From Podarcis vaucheri (lineage: Eukaryota), in NCBI GenBank assembly GCA_965113315.1, contig OZ220364.1: a stretch of DNA of 64,000 nt; one strand, 5' to 3'. Both the position numbers and the translations under genes were made by a program. Of this stretch, positions 38,878 to 51,284 are shown piece by piece. Below the pieces are notes generated by a model that was given only the letters and a program-made list of their open reading frames with translations, was not told the origin of the DNA and did no database searches. Each line of letters opens with the position of its first letter. Position 1 is the stretch's first letter.

Positions 38878-39242
38878 CCGTATTTTTTGCACCATAACAC
38901 TCACTTTTTTCCTCCTAGAAAATAAGGGGAAATGTCTGTGCGTGTTATGGAGTGAATGCCTGCGGGTGGCGGGGGGGATCTGCTGCAGTCATGAGCAGAG
39001 GATCCATGGTTCCCCTTCCTTTCCTCCTCCATGGTTACAAAGCATGGATCCACATGGATCCTCAGGATTTTTGCATTGGGCTACTCCAAACTCACTGTCA
39101 GATCACATGTCTATGGCCACAGCATGAACCACAAAAATCATATATCCACAATTTCGTTTAGAATATTTTTTTCCTTGTTTTCCTCCTCTAAAAACTACGT
39201 GCGTGTTATGGTCTGGTGCGTGTTATAGAGCGAAAAATACGG
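38878..39242. mobile_element. Tc2-like (Tc1/mariner superfamily) MITE
   Basis: TIR ccgtattttttgcaccataacac ... gtgttatagagcgaaaaatacgg; TA TSD; sits next to an L2-like remnant (~38590-38875). Confidence 0.88.
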
Positions 39243-40068
39243 TATATGGCACCTGTAGTAGTGCCAATTCCACGACTACCGATAATGATGATCAATAATT
39301 CTGCTCTCAATAATGATGATAGCATTGTTTCTATAATGTTCTTCATTATACTATTCATTGTAATAGTTTGGTGTTATTCTTTTAATGGGGTGCTCAAAGA
39401 ATTTCATGAATGCCTATTTGTGCAAAGAAGGCTAATAATATTATACATCTTTAGTGGGGTGGTTAAACATAGTGAGTTGTGGCTTGCAAATGAATTTATG
39501 GCTGAGCTGAACTACAGGGCATAATCCATGTTCTTCTTAACCACTACACAACATCAGTTCTTAATAATTGGAAGAGGAAATGGGAAGCTTATGGAAAGCT
39601 TGAGGCACAAGATATTCAGAACTCATCAAACTATGATGTGGGTGAGGGGCATTAGATATTAGTCTGTATAGTCGAAAAAGTACTGAATCTGGACTTTTAG
39701 CATAGAAGGAATAGTCTTTTCCATTCCACTATATTGGGGCAAGAAGCAGAAGACCCGTAGAACTTATGTGATGGACCATTTCTTAGTCCATTGGAAGGAT
39801 TTTTCTGAGTTGAACCAACAACCTCTTAAATGTGTATGATATATGTATGCAAAACAGCTATTTAAAACTGAAGCATTAAGATATATGATACTTTTAGATT
39901 GTTTTTATTTATGTTTTTTGAGGTTTTAATTTGTGTTTCCCTTGTCCTTTTGTAATTTGCTGGTTTTAAATTGCAAGTTGTGTGTGAATCGCTTTTTATA
40001 CACACTTTTGTACATCTCTCTTTTGAGCAGATTTCACGTATGATGAAGGCTGGTTAACAATTTTTTAA

Positions 40069-40110
<42 letters not shown>
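40069..40110. repeat. (AAT)n microsatellite just upstream of a DOCK2 acceptor
   Basis: About 14 AAT units ending ~66 nt before the exon at 40177. Confidence 0.95.
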
Positions 40111-40111
<1 letters not shown>

Positions 40112-40176
40112 GCTACACAGAATGTCTGCATGCATTGTGTCCGATTTTTAATATTCTCTTTCACACTTTGATCCAG

Positions 40177-40325
40177 GGCAGAATAAAATCCGCTTTATTC
40201 CTGGAATGGTTGGACCCATCTTAGAGATGACCCTTATTCCTGAAGCTGAGTTACGGAAAGCCACTATCCCAATCTTCTTTGATATGATGCTGTGTGAATA
40301 TAGAAACACTGGAGAATTCAGAAAG
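40177..40325 (+). CDS. DOCK2: DOCK2 coding exon (approx. exon 33), [49 protein letters not shown]
   Basis: atccag acceptor, AAG|gtattg donor; 149 nt; hallmark [14 protein letters not shown] motif. Confidence 0.97.
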
Positions 40326-40606
40326 GTATTGTTAGCTTTACATAGTGTTTGTCAGTACTTCCATTATGCTTAAATAGCAGCAATATTATATGAATACTCC
40401 AGAAAGGTGCTTGTGATTCTTGACACTTTTCTATAGAAAGGTGAGTGCTATAGAAAGAAGGGAAAGAGCTGCAGCACTGTGGGCAAAGATATGGAAGACT
40501 GAGTTTATCAGTGATTTAATGAGGCCTTTTCCTGTCATAAACATATCATTCATCTGAAACATGTAACCTAAGAAGTCATCCTTACAGAATCAGACTCACA
40601 AATATG

Positions 40607-40608
<2 letters not shown>

Positions 40609-40640
<32 letters not shown>
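40609..40640. repeat. (GT)n microsatellite
   Basis: 16 GT units. Confidence 0.95.
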
Positions 40641-40645
<5 letters not shown>

Positions 40646-42147
40646 CTCTGAGCTGTTTGTTATGTGGGATGAAATGAATTACATTGATATGAAATACCTA
40701 AATGAAAGTGAGAAGCAAAGTATGTGGTTGAATGAATTAATCTAGAACTAGAACACTTCATGGAGGAAAGTTCTGTGGTCAATGATGAGTTGTGTGTGTG
40801 TTGTGTGGGAATGCACCTTCTGTGAGTTTTCAGCTTTTGTTTTAAAAAACAAGTCTCTAGCACATTTACTTGGGAAAGTTATAACGAAGCATGGGAAATT
40901 GCTCATGAAGTTAAATAAATGCATACATATTGGGCTACCTGTATTTAGATACAACAGTTCTTTAATGGTCTTCTGGCCCCTTAACACTGTCTCTCTCCCA
41001 AATATCTGTCTATGGATCTCTGGAGGGGTCATTTAATTGATCCACACTTTAATTTCTCCTCCTGACCTTTAGATAGATAGATAGATAGAAGATAAGTCTG
41101 TGTATTTGGTGAACTATTAGAGGAAGATCATGGCAGCTTAGGTTACAAATGAACCAAATTTGTTATTTATGCATTAGCTTTTAAGACATTCAACAGTTTT
41201 TGCCTTGCGATTAGTGCAGTGAATCACAGTTCAGGGTTCAAAGAGCAGTCGCGACGCAGGCTGTGGTAAATTAATAATGATGGTTCTATCTATTGCTAGA
41301 TTTCATTTGGAAAGGTTGTTATTAAGTGCTCAGTATTTACTCTCCCAGAAGAAAGAAGAGTTCAACATGGTTTGTAGATGGGGGCACATGTGTGCACTGC
41401 ATTTAAGGCATCATGATTATATCAGCTGAGCCTGGAACAATCTGGCAGGTGGGATTATTGTTGTTGGTAGCACAGCACAAAGCTTTTGGCCTGAGTCCAG
41501 GTCTGAAAACCATTTTGCTTCTCTGCATCTGCTCTTCCCTTGACTTAATAGCCCTCTATTTCCGTTTTTAATTACTGCTTCTTATTTTTGGCTTGTAACT
41601 GTTTCTCTTGGGGATCAATGCAGACAAGCAGGTAGTAGGACCAAAATAATAATAATAATAATAATGCTCCTGAAATGTGTATCTCAGACTAAAAAAGGTA
41701 ATATAAGCTTAACAAGGATAACATCTAAAGAGTCTAGGAAATTATAGTTGCAATGTTGACACACAATTTAGTTGCTAAATAGATTTCTAAGGTTCAGGTG
41801 GACAGTCTGGTGTTACAGAATAAGGACATAAAACACATGGTTAAAGCTGCACCAAAGGATGGTTAAAGCTGTGCCCCAGTGGTATTTATTTATTTGCTTA
41901 AAATGTTTATTAACAACCTTTCAGAACAATCACTAAAAGGCATCAGTAAAATACAATAATAAAATCACATTATCATCAGACAAATAAACCTAAGACCTAA
42001 AATACACGAAAACCAACACTGGACATTTATAGGGTGGTTGAGGACTCAACCCCTGGTGTCTCCATTTGTGTATCAAGGTTAGAAAAGACAACTGCCTGAG
42101 CTCCAGGTGAGTTGATGCTGGAGAACATAACAGCCAACTGGCCCACC

Positions 42148-42665
42148 TGTGATGTTAACATATGAGAGTGCTGGAGGTGAAATAGTTAAACAGGTTACCC
42201 AATCAGGACCCAGGGGGTGGAGCCAAAGGGACTATAAAACCAGCTCTGGGAGGGGCGAAGGGAGGAGTTTGTTGGGAGTTGGGTGGTTGGTTGAAGTGGG
42301 AGTGAATTCGGATAGAGTCTGTGGGTTGGTTGAGTTAGTGTAGTGAAATAAGCTGAGTCAGGAACAGTTAGGAGCTAGGAAGACAAGTAGATATCTGAGA
42401 GGTGGTTTAGTGAGTGAGAGCAGGTAGCGGAAGTTAAGGTCTGGATAGGCACCCCATGACTGTAATTGACTGAGACTGTTTATGAAACCACACACTTGTT
42501 AAACTGCAAGTTTATTTATATAAACAGACATTTATGTTCCAATTTAACCCTGAGTGGACTCAGCATTTTACCAGGTAGGGCCTGGGTGGTGGCAGCGAGA
42601 AATAAAGTGGTGGCACAGGGATCAATAGATGGTGAAACGTCCGGGGACCCTGTGTGATCGCCACA
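42148..42665 (+). mobile_element. Solo LTR (518 bp) inserted into a CR1-like 3'UTR
   Basis: TGTG...CACA termini; 5-bp TSD CCACC at 42143-42147 and 42666-42670. CCAAT 42199, GC box 42213, TATAAAA 42233, AATAAA 42601. The flanks rejoin to tggcccacctactccagcatcc of the CR1-like UTR. Confidence 0.87.
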
Positions 42666-42893
42666 CCACCTACTCCAGCATCCTGTTCTCACAGCAGCTA
42701 ACCAGATGCCTGTGGGAAGCCTGCCCACAAGGACCTGAGCACATCAGCACTCTCCCCACTTGTGATTCCCAGCAACTGGTATTCAGAAGTGTACTGCCTC
42801 TGACAGTGGAAGTAGAACATGGCCATCAGGGTTAGTAACCCCGATAGCCTTATCGTCCACGGATTTGTCTAATCCTTTTCTGAAACCATCCAA
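42666..42893 (-). mobile_element. CR1-like LINE 3' end; its extreme 3' part lies at ~42122-42147, left of the LTR
   Basis: Reverse complement of the motif series seen at 15170-15432. Confidence 0.75.
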
Positions 42894-42962
42894 GGACACA
42901 CTGGATGAAATTGACCAACTAGGAAGAGGAACCTGTGGCCCTCTATAGTTTGTTGGACTTGG

Positions 42963-43122
42963 GACTCTCAAGTGGCCCAGTGGGTCAGCGTGTCTGGCTG
43001 TTAACTGGAAGGCTGGCGATTCAAGCCCACCTAGGGATAGCTGTGGGCATTCCTGCATTGCAGGGGGTTGGACTAGATGACCCTCTGGTCCCTTCTAGTT
43101 TACAATTCTGTGATTCTGTGTG
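42963..43122 (+). mobile_element. tRNA-Asn-headed SINE with a CR1-type tail, nested in a palindromic MITE
   Basis: Head gtggcccagtgggtcagcgtgtctggctgttaactggaaggctggcgattcaagcccacctaggga resembles tRNA-Asn(GTT). Tail cctgcattgcagggggttggactagatgacc...attctgtgattct. Confidence 0.75.
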
Positions 43123-43611
43123 ACTAGCACCAGCCCCAGCCAGCACACGCATCTGTCAGGGACAATGGCAGTTGCAGGCCAGAAACATCTGGAGAGTCAC
43201 AGGTTCCCATCGCTACCTTATATAATTAATCCATTTAATTTCTTTTCTTTCACTTGTCTGGTTCTTTCCGTACTGCTCTTTCATTGTTTGCAGTATGAGC
43301 ATTGCCAGCCTGTGTGCAAGAATCAAAAGGAACAAAGAAAAGGGAAATGGGGGAAATGTCAGGTTGGAGCGTGCCCTTGTTGGTAGATTCCCACACAGGG
43401 AAGCACTTTCTTTCATTGTTTGCAATGAGAAACTGGGTGTGCTCTCTCGTAAGGAGATCAGTTTGTAAGGTGCACTGTGTAGCCTGCCATTTGACACAGC
43501 AGGCTGGATAATGTTTTACTACATGACAGTGCTACAGTCTGCTGCAATACCCAAAGACATTTGTAGATAATGTTTCTTTCAAGAAAAAAAGCCAGAAACT
43601 TATTGTTAACT

Positions 43612-44005
43612 TGCAGCTGAGTTGGTTAGAGTGTGGTGCTTATAATGCTAAGGTTGCAGGTTCGAGTCATACGGGCCAGATCCTGCACTGCAAGGGGTTG
43701 GACTAGATCAGGGGTCAGCAACCTTTTTCAGGCGTGGGCCGGTCCACCGTCCCTCAGACCATGTGGTGGGCCGGACTATATTTTGAAAAAATAATAATGA
43801 ACAAATTCTTATGCCCCACAAATAACCCAGAGATGCATTTTAAATAAAAGGACACATTCTACTCATGTAAAAACATGCTGAGTCCTGGACCGTCCGTGGA
43901 CCGGATTGAGAAGGCGATTGGGCCGGATCCAGCCCCCGGGCCTTAGGTTGCCTACCCCTGGACTAGATGATCCTCAGAGCACCTTCAAACTCTATAACTA
44001 TACAA
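43612..44005 (+). mobile_element. tRNA-Ile-headed SINE with a CR1-type tail, interrupted by a hAT MITE
   Basis: Head agctgagttggttagagtgtggtgcttataatgctaaggttgcaggttcga..tacgggcca resembles tRNA-Ile(AAT). Tail ggggttggactagat|gatcctc...ccttc.aactcta. Confidence 0.75.
43709..43960. mobile_element. hAT MITE (252 bp)
   Basis: TIR caggggtcagcaacc ... ggttgcctacccctg; perfect 8-bp TSD GACTAGAT at 43701-43708 and 43961-43968. Confidence 0.92.
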
Positions 44006-44286
44006 TTTTATTATTCAATTTCCAAAATATGCCCCTTAATATACAAGAGGGGGAAAGTTTATTATATAAAGTCCCAGGAAGCAACCCTTTAGAGGGCATT
44101 TTTGAGGTAAATCATGCTTTTAGAGATGTTAAATATTTTACTTCTCATTATGTTTTTTGAAAATGAAAAATCCTATCCATTCAATCCCTTATGAAAAAAA
44201 AGTCCTTTTGTGTTTTTTCTCTCTCTTGCTCACATACAATTTTAATAGATACTGAGAGAAATTAATAACACACACATAAGCAATTC

Positions 44287-44410
44287 TGGGTGGTATTCAA
44301 ATATGTTTTACTCAGAGCAGTAGACCAGAGTAAATTAATATGCCTAACTCAGTCATGTTCATTCATTTCAATGGGTCTACTCCGAGTAAAGCATAGTTAA
44401 ATACTACTCT
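44287..44410. mobile_element. Old palindromic MITE-like element
   Basis: gtggtattcaa..ttttactcagag..gtagacc ... ggtctactccgagtaaag..ttaaatactac inverted repeat. Confidence 0.55.
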
Positions 44411-46507
44411 AAGATTCCTTCCATTAAATCCAAAGGCGTAGACAGTTGTAGTTACTAGCTCAAAGGTCCACACACAGAGTTAAATGGAATTTTGTCCTAA
44501 TATTCCATTTGGAAGAATAGTTTTCTGAATGAGCAGCCAATGGTTTTATGTGCTGAGCTGATGAAACATCTGCCCCCAAAATAAAATGGTTTGTATTCGA
44601 AACTATTTGTAGGAATGAAATGATAATATGCGACATAAATGAAAACATCACTGAAATAAATATCTGGTTAAGATTATTGTTAAAAAAGAAGATTTGTCTT
44701 TGGCTTAGCAAAGATTAATTCCTAAGCATAATACTATTTTGATCCTGGTAAGCAACATGTATTCATGTTGCAGATCCCTGTTTAAATCCTTCACTCAACA
44801 TTTCCATCACATATTTTAACCAGCTGTGAGCAGGTTTTTAAATTACTTTTCTTGCCTGGCAGTTATTAGACGGCAGCAAAAATAGTACTGACTTTGAGCA
44901 TTCATTGATAGGTTGTGTATTCACTGTGAGCTCTAATTCCCGTGTTCTTTTCAAAGACACAGGTGGTCTCTTGAAAATCCACCTCTCAAGGTTGTAATAT
45001 AATGTTGGAAGGCATAATACAGGTGTCTGCTTGAAAAGGAAGGTGCATGTTCTTAGACAGTAAGCAACCAGAAGGTGTTCTGTAAGAGGCACTTGCCTTA
45101 CCCTTGTGTTTTTCAAAGTCTTTTATAGATACTTTTGGCTCAAGGAAAGAAAAATGTTCACATCTTCCCCCAGTAGCCTACGCTCTTTAGCTTTAATCCC
45201 CTGGCTCCCATCACTTCTGTCAGCCTTGAGGCAGTACAAGCACATAAACTCATCCTGTTTCTGCTGAACCTTTTGGAAGTTAGAGGGAAAGTTAATCCTG
45301 CAAGGCAAGGAGTGCGTCAGAATTGCCACCAGCATTACCACCCTGATGGATCAGGCTCAGTTCCCAGGCATCATGCAAGGTGGAAGGAGGATATGATTTA
45401 TTTAAAGTATTCCTTTTAGTTGCTTCTGAGGGCTGTGCTGTGCTCCCACAAGGTGACACACAAACAGGAGCAAGGCAAGATCAAAAGATATAATAGCCAT
45501 ACTAGGAAGACTACGATCTACGTTAAGAAGCTACTCGGTAACGCCTAAACTAATTAGGCTAAACACAGTATTGAAGAGGAAAGTCTTCAGTTTTCACCTA
45601 AACAGCTGTACAAGACAAGATGGAAGTCAATAGCTAGGGAGTTCCATATTTTGGGGGCCCTATTTCTGCTGCTTGCCAACCAAGCTGATCTTAATGGTGA
45701 GCACTCACAGAGGATCCCTGAGGCAAATCTTAACCAATTGGCAAGATTACATGGCAATGTGACACAGCCATCTCCGCTAGGTGGGCAAAGAATCCACTCA
45801 TTGTGATCATTCTGCTGATGACAGTGTGCGTTCCCTCTGCTTTGATCTGTCATGGTGCCTTGGGTTATCAGGATGAGAAGGACAGCCTTAGGACAGATAC
45901 AAAATCGCATCAAACAAGTGAGCCCTTGCAATAAAATGTTGCAGCATCAACAGTTTCTGTTCAGCACCCTCCTCCAGCATACCAGACAGTATGACAAGTC
46001 TGGTAAAAAAAACCAACAACACCACCCTGTACATTTCACTAAAAATAAATGCAAAAGTAGCAGTGAAAGAAAACAATCTAAAGATAATAATAGCATAGAG
46101 GTGAGAATACAATTTAACACCTACTGCAGCCAAACAACACTTTCAGTTGCCAAACATTAAAATAAAACAGCTTCTTAGCACCATAACAACATATATGTTG
46201 AATGACAGAGAACAATTAATAACACTTTAACAGTCTATTGCAGATGAGCAACACTTTCACTTACCAAATGCAGTTATTCTTTCAGTCTTCCCTTCCACCT
46301 GGTTCCCGCCCCCCCCCAAAGAGTCAACGCTCCATGGCCATTCCTCTTTTTCAGTCCCCATCTTGTAAACCTTGGTGTTCCTGCTAATACCTCCCTCTTG
46401 TGCATGGATGATGCCGTTTTGGCTGCCTAATCACAGGCTGAACAACAGTAATAATGAGAATAGTGATTAAACTCCAGAATCATTTTATATGATATTATAT
46501 GAAAGGT

Positions 46508-46746
46508 TCCTGCCAACCTAGCAGTTTGAAAGCACGTCAAAGTGCAAGTAGATAAATAGGTACTGCTCCGGCGGGAAGGTAAACGGCATTTCCGTGTGCT
46601 GCTCTGGTTCGCCAAAAGCTGCTTAGTCATGCTGGCCACATGACCCGGAAGCTGTACACCGGCTCCCTTGGCCAGTAAAGTGAGATGAGCGCCGCAACCC
46701 CAGAGTCGGTCACGACTGGACCTAATGGTCAGGGGTCCCTTTACCT
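46508..46746 (+). mobile_element. Sauria SINE, 5'-truncated
   Basis: 13-bp TSD ttatatgaaaggt at 46495-46507 and 46747-46759; canonical tail. Confidence 0.93.
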
Positions 46747-47349
46747 TTATATGAAAGGTAGTACAGGAAAGACGAAAGCACTTCTTCACACTGCACATAG
46801 GTAACTGTGGAATTCATTCTCACAAGATGTAGTGATGCCCTCTATTAGATGGCTTTGAAACAAGGTTAGATAAATTTCTGGAGGATAAAGCTATGAATGG
46901 CTCCTAGCTGTGATGGATATGTTTTCCCTCCACTGTTGGAGGCTGAATACCAGTTGCTTGGAATCACAAATGGGGAGAGTACTTTTGGGCTTCGCCTGAA
47001 CATTTGAGTGGCTACTGTGAGAACAGGATACTGAGCAAGATGGGCCTTTGTCCTCATCTAGCAGCCACTTTTTACGTTCTTACATTCTTGTATCAGTACG
47101 GAGAGCACTTCTGCATTCAGGTTCTGCTTGTGATCTTCCCATAGGCCTCTGTTTGGCTTTGGCTACTGGGAGAACAGGAGGCTAGGCTAGACAGAACTTT
47201 GGCCTGATCCAACAGGATATGTCTGGTCTTTGACCACAAAGATTGATTGATTGATCCAACAGGATTCTTATGTTCTTAACAGATGTTTTCAGTGTATACC
47301 CCCCTCCCCTTAAAGAACTTAGTACTGTTGAGATAGTTCTATGTTGCTC

Positions 47350-47505
47350 AGGGGACAAGCCACAGCTCAGTGGTAGCTCAGTGGTTCAATCCAGATAGGG
47401 CTGGGAATATCCCCTGCCTATAACCCTGAACAGCTACTGCCAGGCAGCACCAACACTACCAAAACCTTAATCTGATTATGTACAAGGCAGCTTCCTATGT
47501 TCCTA
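47350..47505 (+). mobile_element. Degenerate tRNA-derived squamate SINE
   Basis: agctcagtggtag...ggttcaatcc...tagggctggga...cccctgcct..aaccctg...aaggcagcttcctatgttccta. Confidence 0.6.
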
Positions 47506-48017
47506 CATTACTTCTACCTCTTACTGTGGTTCATTTGATGTACTGTATGCTTTCACTGATAATCTAGAGAGAGAGGCTTAAACTCCATCTTCCACTTTCC
47601 TCCCTGTGCGTAGGAGGTGGATATCTTCATCTTGCTGTCTTGGATGCCCTTCTGCAGTACAATGCTTCACAGCCTCGTATTGTGAGGGTGCTCAGTTTAA
47701 TTTCATTTTCTTGCATTCCGTGCAATAGTCTCTGCGGGAGAAAGGAATCACATTTTTTCGATGAGGTGGTGCACCTAGTTCTTGCAGTTTTCCCACTGTT
47801 ACAACAAAAGCACATCAATTTAAATTTTATACTTTCTGTGCCTGCATTAACCTCCATATATGAACAAACAATAAGAGAAACCGCGGAAGAGATAGTGTTT
47901 CTAAAATACACAGAGAAGCCAGTGAGGAAGAGATCTGGTAACCCCTCTTGGATGAACTGGAGACTCCCTGCCTCCTCTTAAACCAAATGTGCAGGCAATG
48001 AGGAGTGGAACAACATA

Positions 48018-48498
48018 CCGTATTTTTCACCCCATAGGATGCACTTTCCCCCCTCCAAAAATGAAGGGGAAATGTGTGTGCGTCCTATGGGGCGAATGCA
48101 GGCTTTCGCTGAAGCCTGGAGAGCGAGAGCCATCGGTGCGCACCGACCCCTCTCGCTCTCCAGGCTTCAGGAAGCTATCCGCAAGCCTTGCAAGCTCGAC
48201 GGGAGTTCCCATGGGCTCACAAGGCTTGCGGGCAGCAGCCTGCAGCCCCGGCGAGTGTCCGCAAGCCTTGCGCACCCGGCAGGAGGTCCCGCCGAGCGCG
48301 CGAGGCTTGGGGCAGCAGCCTGTCGCCCGAAGCACGGGGAGCCCTCCGGAGGGTGCCCCGTGCTTCGGGCAGGTGTGCGCAAGGCTTGGGGCGGCAGCCG
48401 CGGTGGGGGGGGGAGAATAATTTTTTTTTATTCATTCCCCCCCAAAAAAACGAGGTGCGTCCTATGGGCCGGTGCGCCCTATAGGACGAAAAATATGG
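48018..48498. mobile_element. Tc2-like MITE with a GC-rich interior
   Basis: TIR ccgtatttttcaccccataggatgcac ... gtgcgccctataggacgaaaaatatgg; TA TSD; subterminal blocks shared with 38878-39242. Confidence 0.88.
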
Positions 48499-51284
48499 TA
48501 GTTAACAGCCATCATCCACATGCACTGTTTCTATATTCACCTAAAGAGAAAAGGCGCAGGGCCTGGGGAAATGAGCAGAATGCGTTGCAAATGGCAGACA
48601 GACTGCTGCCAAGATTCGGTGACACAGGCTGGACTGTGTCTATAGGAACAGATCTTCTTTGGCCTTTATTTCCTGAATGCCTGGCAATGTGCTGGTACCC
48701 TCTGGCAGTAGATAAGCATTTTCCTTTGGCTGCCTCCTCTTTAGCTGCCACTCCAGCAAAGGAACAACAGGCCAAGATTATCAAAATGCTATTTAGATGT
48801 CATGGGAACTGTCTGACATGGGCCTCAGAGTCAAGGAAAGAGAGGAAATGGGGTGCATAGCTGGTTGTTGGTTTTTTTGCTGTTATGTTATGTATTTGTG
48901 TTTTTATGTTGTAAACTGCCCCGTGATCTTCAAATGAAGGGTGGCATATAATTTAATTTAAATAAATAAATAAATAAAATAAAGGAAGAAACTGCAGAAA
49001 TGGGGGACGGGGGAAGGAGGACACAAACCAAATCAACTGGGTGGAAAGCTGTGTCTATGAAATGTTTATCACCAAAGAGAGTGGGTGGTTGGTGTTGATC
49101 AAAGTTAGATTTAATACCCATGTGAATGAGAGAGAAAGGATATCTGTTACCTGTTATGTATAAGAGATGAATGAGGAGGGTTGCTCTTTTTTTAGTACCT
49201 ATTTTCTTTCCTTCCCCACCCCCTTCCTTCTACTTTTAGTTCCTCCTGGCCTATTTTGGATTTTCATCCAAAAGTAGAGGTTAGATTTGTATTTGGATGT
49301 GAGACTTTATAGATCAAATAGAAGCTTGTAGTATCAGGGAGAAACTACATAAGGAGCCACCTAGAATATTATGGGCACCATAAACATTAAGTGTTTTGAG
49401 GGGGTGATAAAAGGGATGGGTCATCTAGACCTAATGGATAAAGGGAGATGGGCATTTTAAATGTGATGGAACATAGATTAAGTGGTTTAAATAAACATTC
49501 TCTGCCACAATGACAAATGTTTCAGAATACACCAAATGTATGTTTAAACACTTCCATCACACTTAGATCCAGTGTGCATCAGGTTTGTTTTTGGTTTACC
49601 AATTGTGGTTTGGTTCAGCAAAACAAACCACTACCCTTGGCTTGGATGTAATACTAATCCAGGGATGATGTTTTATTACTTGCAGTAGGGGAGAAGTGGA
49701 TCAGGAGGCACCCACTTATTCTCAGTAAACTATAAACTATGGTTCACTATGACATGTAGGTGCTGCCACTGAGCACTGTGTCTTTCTACAGCCAGCAAAA
49801 AGGATGAGAGGGAGAATTACAAATAAGATGAGAAAGAGATGCATAGATATACGGCCACTGTTGGACCAGCAGATTTGGGAAAGATTGTTTTTGTGTCCTG
49901 TGAAGTGAAAATGGCAAAGCAAGCACTCTCTCTATGGTTAAATTAGGACATTGCACTCTACCATTGTTGTGCAAGATATGTCTGAATAGAATTTTAGTTT
50001 TCAGAGACAGTTAAGCAGCAGCATTTTGAAGGCTCAGTCATCAGTAATCAAATCCAGCTAGCCTCACATAGAAAGGAAGGTCAAAGAAAAAGATGTGTTT
50101 TCTAGTGTAGACAGTGTTGACGAAAGACTCAGTGGGATAATTAATCACACTGAGCATATCTGAAGAGCAGAGCGGAGCATAGAAGTGACATGTTTCCTGT
50201 CTAGTTACAGCACAATCTAGGTAGCATAGGACAAAGATGAAGGCAGAGGACAAAGGGACAGAGGAATATCAGAAATTTGCATGTACTTGTAAAGCAGCTT
50301 TAAGCAATAGCCAGAAGTATTAAATGTTTGACTTGTGGTCCAAGTATGATAACTTTGTGGAAATGGGCCGAAGTAGGCGTGAGTGTTGCTGATGTCCTGT
50401 ATGGCCAAGGTTGCTGTCACAAGAAACATAGGTGGTTGATGGAAGAATTGTGCATACAAAAATGAAAGACAAAGAGAATTATGGGAAATGAAGGAAAGAT
50501 ACCGCTAGTGCAAGCATTAAGACTAAGTGGAAAGTGACCAAGAGCCAGTTCAGTTGTAACCAAAGTCTCTAAAGCAGAAAAGGGTAAAACACAGCTCTGT
50601 GGGGTAGGGTGTCTGCTGGTATATAATAGATATTATAATCCAATCACACTAAAAATACGGAGAGACTGGGGTGCACTGATGGGGTTAATGATATCTTTGC
50701 CGTAATATCTATTTGCAGCATTGTTGTTGTTGTTGTTTTATACATTTCTCCCCACATGGCAGCAAATCACAGTATAATAAAAATGCATATAAAATACTTG
50801 CAAATATGAAAAAGAATTTAAATGCTAGCATTTAAAAGCATTCAGAAAAAAGCACCCTAATTATATATATAAAAAGAGTTTAAAACAACAGTACAAACAT
50901 AACACGAGTTAAAATCTAATCCAGGTACCAAATGTTGGGACAGATATTGACTCCTGAAATAGCAGAAGATGGAAATGCTTTTGCTAACATACGTATTGGT
51001 GTGGTAACAAATACCAGCTGTGCCAAAGGCAGCTATAAGAGTAACAATGAGTGGCAAGGGATAGGTGGTGCATTTATTTTCTTTAAAGAAGCACACATGG
51101 CTTTGCCTTACACTCTTCGGCCATTGGAGTTTTGCCTTTTTCAGCAGGTTGCATATCACAGGTCAAACTCTGATCTTCAACATTTTTGTTATGAATTAGC
51201 ACACGGCAAAATTTACATAAAACGGGGATGGAGAACAGGGTCCAGCCTGTAGGTGGGGTCCTCAGTTCCTCCCACCCCCATGGG

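Noticed and set aside
42963-43680. Possible functional tRNA-Asn and tRNA-Ile genes (also 61365-61438)
   Set aside because: Stems and anticodon loops are mutated, there is no oligo-T terminator, and each is fused to a LINE-type tail. These are SINE heads.
48039-48860. Longest ORF in the track (273 aa) and overlapping ORFs on both strands
   Set aside because: It starts inside a GC-rich TIR-bounded MITE. Stop-poor composition explains ORFs in several frames, and there are no transposase or other recognisable motifs.
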